A program made the position numbers and the translations under genes. Source: Candidatus Hadarchaeales archaeon (GTDB lineage: Archaea > Hadarchaeota > Hadarchaeia > Hadarchaeales > Hadarchaeaceae). From it: DNA of 64,000 nucleotides. Position 1 is the stretch's first letter. Each line of letters begins with the position of its first letter. The DNA lies in NCBI GenBank assembly GCA_038851075.1, contig JAWCLG010000001.1, positions 1 to 64,000 on the forward strand, in the 5' to 3' direction. Below the pieces are notes generated by a model, which saw nothing but the letters and a program-made list of their open reading frames with translations, ran no database searches and was not told the DNA's origin. Below, piece by piece: positions 1-9,508 of the stretch.

Positions 1-880
1 GGTAGTTGTCCGCCGAGCAGTAGATATCCGCTGTGAAGTTATCCAGCGTGAGCGCGAAGCTGAACGGATTCCTCACGGTGATGGGGGCGCCAGCTGAAGG
101 CACGGCATTCTGTCCCTCGTAGTGTGCGCCGATGTAGTACCAGTCTCCGTAAGTTGGATCATTCCCTCCGTAAAATATTCTGACGTGATACTGGGTGGTC
201 GGCTCGTTGAGAAAGGCGTCCGCCACCTCCCCCATGTTCGTGTGCGGCTCCTCGCTCGCATAGCCCTCACACGGATAGTAGAAATCCCACCCGGCGCGCG
301 TGAACGCCTCCCTGATCTGCTCCAGAGTGCTCCTGACGATCACCGCGTTTGTCGGGTCGTCCCTGCCTATTATTCCCGGGATGGTCATGGGAAGCGGAGA
401 CGAGAAAGAACCCGCGGATGGATTGAGGTCGAACACCGGTGCGATGCCGTCGTTCGGGTTAACGCAGTCCTTTGAAGGGTCAGCGTTGTCTCCGTCCGGG
501 GTTGAGCACCCCTTGCATCCGGCCTCTCCGAGGAAGGCGTAAGTAGGCGCATGCCCCGCGTGAGCCCCGCTGTTGCCCAGATCCACATATCCGATCACGT
601 GCCCGAGGTCGTTTATCAGCTTTGATTCCGCGTTCTCCCATGAAATCACATAGTGTGCGGTTGGATCAAATGTATCGGTGTCCCCCAAGAGCTGAAAGTT
701 CCCCACGCTTATCATGTCTCCCATCCCTTCCTGGGGTATGAGGCTCTGTATCCTCTCGGTGTCGGGCATCACGGTCGCCTGCAGGTTCCACCCGTTGACC
801 GCGAATGCAGCGACTATCGGCACTATGGTCAGAACGAGTCCCATTATCCTCAGTATCCAGTTAAGAGCCCTTTCGCCCAG
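1..880 (-). CDS. Membrane-anchored extracellular protein, runs off the left edge; apparently a permuted LssY_C-like domain followed by a LEA_2-like beta region
   Basis: Not in the ORF track. Manual translation gives an open frame from about 895/880 to the edge: (L)GERALNWILRIMGLVLTIVPIVAAFAVNGW...DDPTNAVIVRSTLEQIREAFTRAGW...QYHVRIF...IGAHYE...ITVRNPFSFALTLDNF. Probable CTG start at 880 after a GGTGA SD; alternatives are TTG 895 and ATG 844. Confidence 0.75.
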   Translation of the reverse strand, partial: MGERALNWILRIMGLVLTIVPIVAAFAVNGWNLQATVMPDTERIQSLIPQEGMGDMISVGNFQLLGDTDTFDPTAHYVISWENAESKLINDLGHVIGYVDLGNSGAHAGHAPTYAFLGEAGCKGCSTPDGDNADPSKDCVNPNDGIAPVFDLNPSAGSFSSPLPMTIPGIIGRDDPTNAVIVRSTLEQIREAFTRAGWDFYYPCEGYASEEPHTNMGEVADAFLNEPTTQYHVRIFYGGNDPTYGDWYYIGAHYEGQNAVPSAGAPITVRNPFSFALTLDNFTADIYCSADNY

Positions 881-895
881 CTGCTCACCGACCAA

Positions 896-917
896 TTTTT
901 TTTTCCATATATAAAAG
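896..917. promoter_or_regulatory. Probable bidirectional TATA promoter region
   Basis: AT-rich TTTTTTTTTCCATATATAAAA between divergent starts at about 880 (-) and 946 (+). Confidence 0.5.
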
Positions 918-945
918 GCAAACGCTCAATGCACCGGCGGGAAAA

Positions 946-1323
946 ATGGATAACCGCGGACAGCTGATGGGTGTCCCGATAAAGCTGGTGATGGCTCTCA
1001 CCATAGGGGCCGTCGCGATGGGGATAATGATGCAGTTCATGGGCACTGCGGAGCGCTCTGGCATAAAGGACATGGACGTTACCCTGTCGGTTTCGAGCAA
1101 CCGCCTCACCGTGAAGGTTTACGACGCAGCCACAGGAGCCCCGCTGAACAACGCGACGGTCGTGGTGAGTTACCCGGGAGGAACCAAAGCGCAGACCCTT
1201 GGTGTTTCTTCGAACCAGTATACTTTCACAATACCTCTTAACGGAAGAAGCGATGTCATCGTGAATGTCAGGGTGACCCACAGCGGATACATACCGTGGG
1301 AGTCGCAGGCCGTGGTTGGCTAG
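946..1323 (+). CDS. Type IV pilin-like protein with class III signal peptide and C-terminal beta-sandwich domain
   Basis: MDNRG|QLMGVPIKLVMALTIGAVAMGIMM hydrophobic helix; Thr/Val-rich C-terminus (VKVYDAATGAPLNNATVVV). Confidence 0.75.
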   Translation: MDNRGQLMGVPIKLVMALTIGAVAMGIMMQFMGTAERSGIKDMDVTLSVSSNRLTVKVYDAATGAPLNNATVVVSYPGGTKAQTLGVSSNQYTFTIPLNGRSDVIVNVRVTHSGYIPWESQAVVG

Positions 1324-1724
1324 GAATCCGGGGGGAGGCAGTGGAGTCGGTGCCGGCGGTGATCCTCCTTGGAGCGTTCGGAGCCGCGCTGGCTTTCGGG
1401 ATGATGATATCATGCCTGGAAATGGCGGAGAGGGCGGAAGAACACGTTGGCCTGATAAACGGATTTGACGCCTTCGTGGAACGGGTGAAACTTTTATGCT
1501 CCGGCGGCCCGGGAAGCTCCGTCTCATGCAGGCTCGATGTTGGGCAGGCTTCAGTTCTGGTGGACGGAAAGACGCTGAAACTGGTTTCAGGCGGCAGGGT
1601 GGTGCGTTCAGGTGCAGTGCCGGTGCCGTTCTGTGACCGATCAGAGCTGCGCAGCGGCGAATATCTGATTGTTCTGGTCGGTGGGGCGTGCGGTGCCGGG
1701 ATAAAGGTGAGTCCCTGTGGATGA
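1296..1724 (+). CDS. Minor pilin-like membrane protein (start uncertain)
   Basis: IRG|EAVESVPAVILLGAFGAALAF N-terminal helix; overlaps neighbours in the cassette. Confidence 0.6.
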   Translation: MGVAGRGWLGIRGEAVESVPAVILLGAFGAALAFGMMISCLEMAERAEEHVGLINGFDAFVERVKLLCSGGPGSSVSCRLDVGQASVLVDGKTLKLVSGGRVVRSGAVPVPFCDRSELRSGEYLIVLVGGACGAGIKVSPCG

Positions 1725-2121
1725 GGGCAGCATTGAACTGTTTATGGGAGCCAAGCTCGCGGTCGCCTTCGCATCCATGTTGCTGATCGGAACCGCTCTA
1801 TCATGGGGCAACGTTATCGCGAGAGATATCTCCCTTGATGAGCTGAACTCAGTTGCCGATGCGATTTCCGGTTCAATAGCAGACGTTCAGACGATGCCCT
1901 CATGCAGCGCGGTGATGAGGAGCATACCCAGGCCAGCCCAGAGTTTCACGGTGGAGGTGACGGAGGAGCGCGGGGGAATCGCAAGGGTGGCGGTGGTCGG
2001 AAGGTGCAGGGTGGAAAGATTCGTTCCTCTCAATACGCATCTGAGCGGGGACCGGGCGGAAAACCCGGCGTTCGTGGAGCTGATCATGGACGGCAGCGTA
2101 AAGCTGAGGCTGATAGAGTGA
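1717..2121 (+). CDS. Minor pilin-like protein
   Basis: MDEG|SIELFMGAKLAVAFASMLLIG; single N-terminal TM; translationally coupled. Confidence 0.6.
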   Translation: MDEGSIELFMGAKLAVAFASMLLIGTALSWGNVIARDISLDELNSVADAISGSIADVQTMPSCSAVMRSIPRPAQSFTVEVTEERGGIARVAVVGRCRVERFVPLNTHLSGDRAENPAFVELIMDGSVKLRLIE

Positions 2122-2504
2122 CATCCGGACCCGAAGAGCTGTTTTCAGCGGCGGTGTGCGCGGCGCTGCTGGTGGTTTTCGCGTGCGGGCTGCTTGCCGT
2201 GCGAGGCTCATGCGAAGAAAGGGTGGAACAGGCGCGCGCGCACAGAACCGCGCTCGACGTCGCTTCCCGTGTGATTTCCGCCTCGATTTCCGGAATCGAA
2301 CCGGAACATGTTCTCAATGCATCTCTCGGTCAGACTGACGGGCAGCTCTGCATAACAATATTCTCCATGGACGGAGGCGTCCTGCGGAGGCTTGGCTTTT
2401 CGGGAGAAGGACCGCCCGAAGCATGCGTGAAGTTACCCGGCGTGGTTATCACCGACGGAGGGCCCGCCCCGTGCAGCGTCTCCGTGGAGGTGTGGAAGGT
2501 TTGA
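2118..2504 (+). CDS. Minor pilin-like protein
   Basis: GTGA overlap start at 2118; MTSGPEELFSAAVCAALLVVFACGLL; C-terminal SVSVEVW strand. Confidence 0.6.
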   Translation: MTSGPEELFSAAVCAALLVVFACGLLAVRGSCEERVEQARAHRTALDVASRVISASISGIEPEHVLNASLGQTDGQLCITIFSMDGGVLRRLGFSGEGPPEACVKLPGVVITDGGPAPCSVSVEVWKV

Positions 2505-3076
2505 ATGCCCGAGGTTCCGGATCCGTCCATGATGTTCTGGTCTTCGCGACTCTGGTTTCAGTTTCGCTGCTGATGCTCCATGGCGCGTCGCCGGATTACG
2601 CGGATGGCGGGGAGGTGAGGTTCGCGAGAGATTCCGCGAGAGGGATCCTTCTCATAATGACCACCGTAAATGTGAAAGATCTTGGGGGATTCGAATACGG
2701 CGTATCCTTCTTCCCGTTTTCCTCCGAGGTGGGGCTGGAGGACAGGACAGTAGCGCAGCTCGTCGGGGAGCTCTGGGTTCTCCGGTCGTCTTCCGGGACC
2801 GTGCTATCGGACAACATGGAGGAAGGAATAGAGCACATGGTCCGTGATGTGATTCAGCGCTTTATGGGAGGGAGGTTCTGCTACAGGTGGAGGGCTGAGG
2901 TGCTGGTTCCCGGAGACGGGGATCCGGTGTTCCTGCTCACCCTGGAGAATATGCGGGACGGCGGGCATCTCATATGCTCCGAGACGATCACGGCTCCCCT
3001 TTCACGGGCCCCCATCACCGGCGATGATCGCTGTCCGGCGGCTGTGAGGATGAGCATGGAGCTGTGGTCAGCGTGA
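2501..3076 (+). CDS. Minor pilin-like protein
   Basis: TTGA overlap start at 2501; MNARG|SGSVHDVLVFATLVSVSLLML. Confidence 0.65.
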   Translation: MNARGSGSVHDVLVFATLVSVSLLMLHGASPDYADGGEVRFARDSARGILLIMTTVNVKDLGGFEYGVSFFPFSSEVGLEDRTVAQLVGELWVLRSSSGTVLSDNMEEGIEHMVRDVIQRFMGGRFCYRWRAEVLVPGDGDPVFLLTLENMRDGGHLICSETITAPLSRAPITGDDRCPAAVRMSMELWSA

Positions 3077-4902
3077 GCGAGAGAGGTTTTATCCCGATGT
3101 CTGCGGCAGCCGTCCTGATGCTGCTCATCGCCATAGCGTTCGCCGCCCAGGCGATGCGTTACGGAATCTCTCGGTCAGACCCGGAATCTGCTTCTGCGCA
3201 CGAACTCATCTGTGCTGGTTCCGCGGTAAGGAGCCAGATTAACTGGGCGCTCAGATGCGCGGGATACAGGGCGATGTATGAGGTTTCTTCAGAAGCCTGG
3301 AAGTTCAGCCGGTCTGAAAGACTGCGGATGATGGAGGGACTGACCTTGAGATACCTTTCAGAGGGATTGATGGACCTGTCCTCCTGCGATCTCTTTGATT
3401 CTAGGCTCAAGCTGGAACTCAATTCACCCCCGCAGGCGGTGTCGTTTACCGAAAAACGTGAAGGCGACGTGCAGCTGACCGCGATCATGCCTGAGAGCGC
3501 CCGCCTCAACATGACTTCGAGTGACGGGATGACGCGCATATCCATGCCGCTCGAGGATATATCTGCAACGCTGGACTCCCGCTATTTTCTCCTGCAGGAT
3601 CTCATGGATAATTTTGTCAACCGGCTGGGTGATGCAAACACGTACTGGGGTGCCGCTGAGTACCTCGCCGCATGGTCAGAGGCGTGGGGCACTGGCATCG
3701 TTAAACCCAACACCGGACGCAGCACAGCGCTGTTCGAGACCGCGTGGGCGCTTCACGAGATGAACGTTCTGGGTTCGGCCGATTGCTCCGCATGGGTTTC
3801 GGGAGCCGTCCAGAGCCTGATCTCCCTGCCGCAGATTCAGTTCGGGCTTGAGTATCTTTATGAGCTGGAGGGATGGATGGAGGATTCGCTTGAAAAAATA
3901 TCGGATCTGGAGCGCGGGATTGATGAGGCACTCGGGCTCCTCAACGATGCCCTGGGATGTGCAGAAAACCGGGCGATTTTCATCGTTGAAAATGCGGCGG
4001 AGAAGCTGACCTCGGCGATTGACGGGCTTCTCGGCCTGAAGAACGCCTTCAGGCTGATGGTCGACCATGGTGCCGGAGACGCACTTTCAGAGCGTCTTAT
4101 CTCAGGACTGGTCGAGGGCATTCCCGGGTCGGACCTGTCGCCGTCCGAACAGTTGATTTCAGGTTTTGATGGATTGATCGAAAAACTGGAGCGCGCTGTG
4201 GAATCGCTGGAGTCGGCGACATTTGAAAACGGGATGCGTCATGTCATCGAGAGAGTTGCATGCGACGTTGAGAATATTCTCATGGTCTCCGGTGCGGTCA
4301 GGTCTCTGAGCCTCAGGGATGCTCTGGGAAACTTGAACAGCGTTCCGGTATACGTGGACTCGCCACGTGACTCCACCCTGCCGAGGCTTCGTTCCCTGCT
4401 GGAGAGAATGTCTGGTGAGATGGAGGAACTGAAAAGCATCGTTGATTTTCCGGGTGAGCTCACGGATCTTTTTTCCGAGCTGCGGCCATCTCAGAATGCA
4501 CCGGACAGGGAAGACCTGTTTTCCATTTTTCCGTCCGAGCCCCTGAGAAAAGAGCCCGGGGTTTCAGCCTATCACAATCTTCGCGTGAGCGGGGTCTCTT
4601 ACAGCAGGGAGGATCTGGCCGGGCTGGCCGGATCACAAATGGCCACGCCGGTCCCGCTGTGGTTCATAGGGGTGACGGTGTGGTGGGGACAGTGGGAGTC
4701 GACCCTGGATCTGGACGAGGGAAGCGTGGAAACCATTTTTGACTGCAGGAACAGGACAGTACCCGCAGTCACAAAACTCGGGGGCGCCCACGTTCCACTC
4801 GGGTACCGCTGGGAGTTCGATGACGAGTTCAGGATAAGGGTCGTTGTGGCGAGCCTGAGGCCTTTCGCCATCACGTTCGACCGGGCTGGTTCGTCATTCT
4901 AA
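3073..4902 (+). CDS. Large pilin-like or surface protein with class III signal peptide and central helical region
   Basis: GTGA overlap start; MSERG|FIPMSAAAVLMLLIAIAF; about 609 aa. Confidence 0.65.
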   Translation: MSERGFIPMSAAAVLMLLIAIAFAAQAMRYGISRSDPESASAHELICAGSAVRSQINWALRCAGYRAMYEVSSEAWKFSRSERLRMMEGLTLRYLSEGLMDLSSCDLFDSRLKLELNSPPQAVSFTEKREGDVQLTAIMPESARLNMTSSDGMTRISMPLEDISATLDSRYFLLQDLMDNFVNRLGDANTYWGAAEYLAAWSEAWGTGIVKPNTGRSTALFETAWALHEMNVLGSADCSAWVSGAVQSLISLPQIQFGLEYLYELEGWMEDSLEKISDLERGIDEALGLLNDALGCAENRAIFIVENAAEKLTSAIDGLLGLKNAFRLMVDHGAGDALSERLISGLVEGIPGSDLSPSEQLISGFDGLIEKLERAVESLESATFENGMRHVIERVACDVENILMVSGAVRSLSLRDALGNLNSVPVYVDSPRDSTLPRLRSLLERMSGEMEELKSIVDFPGELTDLFSELRPSQNAPDREDLFSIFPSEPLRKEPGVSAYHNLRVSGVSYSREDLAGLAGSQMATPVPLWFIGVTVWWGQWESTLDLDEGSVETIFDCRNRTVPAVTKLGGAHVPLGYRWEFDDEFRIRVVVASLRPFAITFDRAGSSF

Positions 4903-4976
4903 TACCAGTATATAACCATGCATAGATGGGGAAAAATGCAGACCGTCGCAGCCAGTCCGGTTGGAGGAGGCCAAGG

Positions 4977-6224
4977 ATGAGGCATGGTTTTCTTAGAGTC
5001 ATCGACCTTGAGGATGCGAGGATGAGGCTCGAGAGGGTCTGGAGTCCAAGCCCCCGCGTCTCGATGGTTCCACCTTGGCGCGCAATTAACAGGACCACCG
5101 CCGGAGACGTGCTTTCCGCCGCGGACTTTCCCCCGTTCAGCAGGGCTTCTTATGACGGATACGCGGTCGTTGCGTCCGATACCTTTGGAGCCGACGAGGA
5201 AAGTCCGAAGGAAATTGCCCTGCGCGGTGAGATAAGGCCAGGGACTGCCCCGCGCCTTAAAATCCGCAGAGGGATCTGCGCAAGGATTTCAACAGGCGCC
5301 CAGATGCCTGCCGGAGCAGATGCGGTGGTCATGCAGGAGCACGCCTCGGAGGACGGTAAAAAGGTGCTGGTGAGAAGGGCTGTGGCTCCGGGGGAGAACG
5401 TTTCCAGAAGGGGAAGTGATGTCAGAAGAGGTGAGGTTATCGTGAAAAAGGGCGTGAGGCTCAACCCCGCGCACATAGGTGCAATGGTCGCCACAGGCGT
5501 GAGGAAGGTCCCGGTGCTTGAGAGACCCAGGGTTGCTGTCATCTCAACCGGTGACGAGCTGGTTCGGCCCGGCGGCAGACTCGGGCCCGGGAAGATATAT
5601 GACTCAAACGGTTGCTCTCTGGCCGCTGCGGTTCTTTCGTGCGGGGGAGACCCGATCTACATGGGCATATGCGGTGACAGGGAGGGTGAAATAAGGTCAA
5701 TACTTCTGCGGGCGCTGAAAAAATGTGATATGGTGATAATATCTGGGGGGACCTCAGCAGGCCCCGGTGACCTCATCCCAAAAATAATCAAGAGCATCAG
5801 GGGCGCCGTGCTCATAACACACGGTCTTGCACAGAAGCCCGGAAAGCCTGCGCTTGCGGCGGTGGCCATGGGAAAGCCGATTTTCGGTCTTCCCGGATAC
5901 CCCGTGTCCGCGCTGATGGTTTTCGACAGGCTGGTTGCGGACCAGATACGCGGTCTTTCAGGAACTCCGAGGCCGAAGGAGCGTGTTGTCACGGCCGTGC
6001 TCGCGTCAAAGATAATATCGGTGACCGGGAGGAGGGAGCTGGTTCCTGTGAAACTTGAGCGAAGAGGATCTGCGGTCATCGCCAGACCCGTGATAAAGGA
6101 CTCTGGAGCAATAGCCTCCCTTTCGATGGCTGACGGGTATGTGGAAATCCCGCTGGAGCGTGAGATGGTGGAGGCAGGAGAGAGGGTCGAGGTAAAGATG
6201 TTTGCAGGTGACTATGCGTGCTGA
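4977..6224 (+). CDS. moeA: Molybdopterin molybdenumtransferase MoeA
   Basis: PPFSRASYDGYAV, ISTGAQMPAGADAVVMQE, ISTGDEL, SGGTSAG, KPGKP, LPGYPVSA; GGAGG SD before ATG 4977. Confidence 0.95.
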   Translation: MRHGFLRVIDLEDARMRLERVWSPSPRVSMVPPWRAINRTTAGDVLSAADFPPFSRASYDGYAVVASDTFGADEESPKEIALRGEIRPGTAPRLKIRRGICARISTGAQMPAGADAVVMQEHASEDGKKVLVRRAVAPGENVSRRGSDVRRGEVIVKKGVRLNPAHIGAMVATGVRKVPVLERPRVAVISTGDELVRPGGRLGPGKIYDSNGCSLAAAVLSCGGDPIYMGICGDREGEIRSILLRALKKCDMVIISGGTSAGPGDLIPKIIKSIRGAVLITHGLAQKPGKPALAAVAMGKPIFGLPGYPVSALMVFDRLVADQIRGLSGTPRPKERVVTAVLASKIISVTGRRELVPVKLERRGSAVIARPVIKDSGAIASLSMADGYVEIPLEREMVEAGERVEVKMFAGDYAC

Positions 6225-7129
6225 AGGACAGATACGGCAGGGAGATAAGAGGCCTGAGGATCTCGATAACCTCGAGATGCAACCTCAGATGTTTCTACTG
6301 CCACGGTGAGGGATGCAGAGCGGGATCGACCGAGATGACTCCACCTGAGATAGAGAAGATAGCCCGGCTGGCTTTCGAGCTTGGGATCAGGAGCGTGAAG
6401 ATCACCGGGGGAGAACCGCTTGTTCGGGATGACATATGTGACATTGTGAAGGGGATCTCTTCAGCCGGTTTTGAGGACATATCGATGACCACGAACGGCC
6501 TGTTTCTTGCCGAAAAAGCGGCGGATCTGTGTGAGGCCGGGCTCCGCAGGGTCAACGTGAGCCTTGACACATTGAGACCTGAGCTGTATGCGCGGATAAC
6601 CGGAGAAAGCGCCCTGCCCAGAGTACTGTCGGGGATAGAGGCAGCCCTGAAAGCAGGCATGAACCCCGTCAAGATCAACACGGTCGTTCTCTCAGGGCTT
6701 AACGAGGACGAGATTCCGGACATGATCGGATATGCTTCGAGGCATGGGGTGGCGCTGCAGCTTATCGAGCTTGTGGACGCAGGCGGCGAGATTTTTATGA
6801 AGCACCATGCTGACCTCAGCGATATTGAGGATATGGTGAGGAAGAGAGCCATCAAGCTGGTCACAAGGGATGACATGCAGGCGAGGAGGAGATACTTACT
6901 TCCAGGAGTTGAGGTCGAGATTGTTCGTCCGGTTCACAGCTCGGAGTTCTGCGCGAGGTGCACCAGGCTAAGGCTGACGCCGGATGGGTTTCTCAAACCA
7001 TGCCTGATGCGTGATGACGGAACGGTGGATCTTGTATCCCACATCCGGAGCGGAGATATGGATGGGGCCAGAAGGGCTTTTTTGAGAGCGGTTGAGGCGA
7101 GGGAACCATTCTGGAAAGAGAAAACATGA
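6218..7129 (+). CDS. moaA: GTP 3',8-cyclase MoaA
   Basis: DRYGR..LRISITSRCNLRCFYCH radical SAM motif; TGGEPL; FCARCTRLRLTPDGFLKPCL. Confidence 0.95.
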   Translation: MLKDRYGREIRGLRISITSRCNLRCFYCHGEGCRAGSTEMTPPEIEKIARLAFELGIRSVKITGGEPLVRDDICDIVKGISSAGFEDISMTTNGLFLAEKAADLCEAGLRRVNVSLDTLRPELYARITGESALPRVLSGIEAALKAGMNPVKINTVVLSGLNEDEIPDMIGYASRHGVALQLIELVDAGGEIFMKHHADLSDIEDMVRKRAIKLVTRDDMQARRRYLLPGVEVEIVRPVHSSEFCARCTRLRLTPDGFLKPCLMRDDGTVDLVSHIRSGDMDGARRAFLRAVEAREPFWKEKT

Positions 7130-7917
7130 GATTCGCGATGCGTCTGGCCTATGATGGGGCAGGGTATTTCGGTTATGTGAGACAGCCCGAAAAGAATACG
7201 GTGGAGTCTGTCTTTCTGAGAGCGCTCGGCGAATGCGCGGGGGTCGACCCCCGCAGCTGCAGGTATGCGGTGGCCACCCGTACGGACAGGGGGGTGAGCG
7301 CTCTGGGCCAGACCGTGGCAGTTGATCTGAAGAGGGAGATAACCGAAATGGAGCTGAACTCCCGGCTGCCGGAGGACGTTGTCGTGCTTTCGGTTATCGA
7401 TGTCAGGGATGAGTTCAATCCCAGATTCAACGCGGTCGAAAAGCATTACAGGTACGTTCACAGGATTCCGCCGGATTTTGACGTTCAGGAGGCCAGAAAG
7501 GTTGCAGGCATTTTTGAGGGAAGGCACGATTTCGCCGCTTTCTGCAGGAGGGAGCCCGGGAGGTCCACGGTCTCGGAGGTGAAGCGCGTGATGGTCAGGA
7601 GGACGGGATCTCTTCTTGTGATGGACTTCTTTTCGAGGTCCTTTCTCTGGCAGCAGGTGAGGAGGATGTCTGGAGCCATAATAGGCGCTGGGTGCGGAAG
7701 GGCTGGAGAAGGGACAGTGAGAGATCTTCTGGAAAATCCTGAGGGAAAGGGGTTCCCTCCGGCCGACCCGGAAGGACTTTTTCTGGTCGATATCAGATAC
7801 AGAGGGCTGAGGTTTCGCCCGGAGGAAAGCGCCAGAAGAAGATTTCTGCATCATCTTGAGGGATGCGGTCGTGATGTCTGCAGGGTCATGGCTGATATGC
7901 TCAAAAACAGATTTTAA
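7126..7917 (+). CDS. truA: tRNA pseudouridine(38-40) synthase
   Basis: LAYDGAGYFGY.RQP, RTDRGVSALGQ, GRHDFAAF, SFLWQQVRRM. Confidence 0.93.
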   Translation: MRFAMRLAYDGAGYFGYVRQPEKNTVESVFLRALGECAGVDPRSCRYAVATRTDRGVSALGQTVAVDLKREITEMELNSRLPEDVVVLSVIDVRDEFNPRFNAVEKHYRYVHRIPPDFDVQEARKVAGIFEGRHDFAAFCRREPGRSTVSEVKRVMVRRTGSLLVMDFFSRSFLWQQVRRMSGAIIGAGCGRAGEGTVRDLLENPEGKGFPPADPEGLFLVDIRYRGLRFRPEESARRRFLHHLEGCGRDVCRVMADMLKNRF

Positions 7918-7940
7918 CGGGTACGGTATGATTTAGAGGG

Positions 7941-9500
7941 ATGCGGATGCACAGAATACGTCAGCTCATCCACAACGGTGTCATGATCCCTCCGTACGAT
8001 CCGGTCGGGTTTACGATAAGGTGCAGGGGAAAGCCGCTGAGGCTCTCGCCTGAACAGGAGGAGATGGCCGTCGCATGGGTCAGGAAGCTGGGAACCCCTC
8101 AGGCGGAGGACGGCGTTTTCATCAGAAACTTTTTCACGGATTTCTGCAGGGCTCTCGGAATCGATGAACTGCTCGGGCCGGCGGATTTCGATTTCTCAGA
8201 GATCATACGCTGGGTCGAGAACGAGAGGGCCAAAAAGGAAAACATGAGCAGGGAGGAAAAGAAAGCGCTGGCCGAGAGGAGAAAAAAGATCAGGGAGGAG
8301 AACAGGGAGAGATACGGATACGCGACCGTGAACGGGGAAAGGGTTGAGGTGGGCAACTACGCCGTTGAGCCTCCGTGCATATTCGTGGGACGTGGGAAAC
8401 ATCCTCTGAGGGGGAGATGGAAGCCGAGAGTGAACCCTGAGGACATAGTTCTGAACCTCTCGCCGGATGCCCCGACCCCTCCGGCTCCTAGGGGAAGAAG
8501 CTGGGGGGGAAGAATGTTCGATCCTGAGGCGTTATGGATTGCGAGGTGGAAGGACAAGCTCACCGGCAAAACCAAGTATGTTTGGATATCCGAAACAGCC
8601 AGCTTCAGACAGGAGAGGGATATCGAAAAGTTTGACACCGCGATGAAGCTTGATAGGCTCATGGACAGAATCCGTAAACACATTCTGGAAAATCTGAATT
8701 CCGAGGACGAGAAGAGGAGGAAGATAGCGACGGTTGCATATCTCATAGACAACCTGAGGATGAGGGTCGGTGATGAAAAAGATGAGGATGAGCTGGACAC
8801 CGTCGGCGCAACGACCCTCAGAGGAAGTAACGTCACGATAAGCGACTCAGGGGTCGTGAAGTTTGATTTCCTGGGAAAGGATGCCGTTAAATGGGTGAAA
8901 ACGATAACCCCGCCGCCCGAGCTGGTGAGGAACCTGAGAGAATTCATAAAGGGACCGAGGGATCCGATATTCGATAAAATTCGGTCCGAGGATGTGAACG
9001 CGTTTTTCGGAGAGGTGGTCCCGGGGCTCACGGCGAAGGTTTTCAGGACTTATCACGCCACTAAAGCTGTGAAGGATTATTTCTCCAAAACCCGCGTTAG
9101 ACCGGACGACCCTGATGAAAAAAAGAAATACGTTGCCAGACTTGCCAACCTTCAGGGTGCCATAACATGCCACCACAAGAGGAAGCTGCCCAAGAACTGG
9201 AAGGAATCCCTGCAGAAGAAGGTCGAAAGGCTCAGGTCCTTGAAGGCGCAGCTGAAGGAGGCGCGCAAGACCAGAAAAGGTGCGGCAAAGGTCAGAAATC
9301 TCAAAAAGAGGATAGAGGCCCTGAAGATGAACATTGAGATAGCAAGGGCGACCCGGGACTACAACCTGAACACCTCGCTGAAGAGCTACATTGATCCCAG
9401 GGTTTTCGTGAAGTGGTCGAAAAAAGTGGGATATGACTGGAAGAAGATATACCCAAAGAGCCTGCAGCGCAAGTTCTCGTGGGCCGATGACCAGAGCTGA
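7941..9500 (+). CDS. DNA topoisomerase IB, large eukaryote-like form
   Basis: HNGV..PPY, EQEEMAVAW, GRGKHPLRGRWK, LRMRVGDEK, FDFLGKD, TAKVFRTYHAT, coiled-coil linker, catalytic Tyr in TSLKSYIDPR. Confidence 0.95.
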   Translation: MRMHRIRQLIHNGVMIPPYDPVGFTIRCRGKPLRLSPEQEEMAVAWVRKLGTPQAEDGVFIRNFFTDFCRALGIDELLGPADFDFSEIIRWVENERAKKENMSREEKKALAERRKKIREENRERYGYATVNGERVEVGNYAVEPPCIFVGRGKHPLRGRWKPRVNPEDIVLNLSPDAPTPPAPRGRSWGGRMFDPEALWIARWKDKLTGKTKYVWISETASFRQERDIEKFDTAMKLDRLMDRIRKHILENLNSEDEKRRKIATVAYLIDNLRMRVGDEKDEDELDTVGATTLRGSNVTISDSGVVKFDFLGKDAVKWVKTITPPPELVRNLREFIKGPRDPIFDKIRSEDVNAFFGEVVPGLTAKVFRTYHATKAVKDYFSKTRVRPDDPDEKKKYVARLANLQGAITCHHKRKLPKNWKESLQKKVERLRSLKAQLKEARKTRKGAAKVRNLKKRIEALKMNIEIARATRDYNLNTSLKSYIDPRVFVKWSKKVGYDWKKIYPKSLQRKFSWADDQS

Positions 9501-9508
9501 CTTTGAGC

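Noticed and set aside
1316-1343. Possible frameshift in the G run near the start of the second pilin-like gene
   Set aside because: In-frame GTG starts exist, so this cannot be distinguished from simple start uncertainty without reads or orthologs
850-1527. Long antisense or alternative-frame ORFs (also 6934-7854, 19133-20011, 23198-24645, 37252-38061, 43361-44257)
   Set aside because: Shadow ORFs of well-supported genes with no recognisable motifs
7941-9500. Tyrosine recombinase marking an integrated element
   Set aside because: The motifs are specific for Topo IB and the flanking genes are housekeeping
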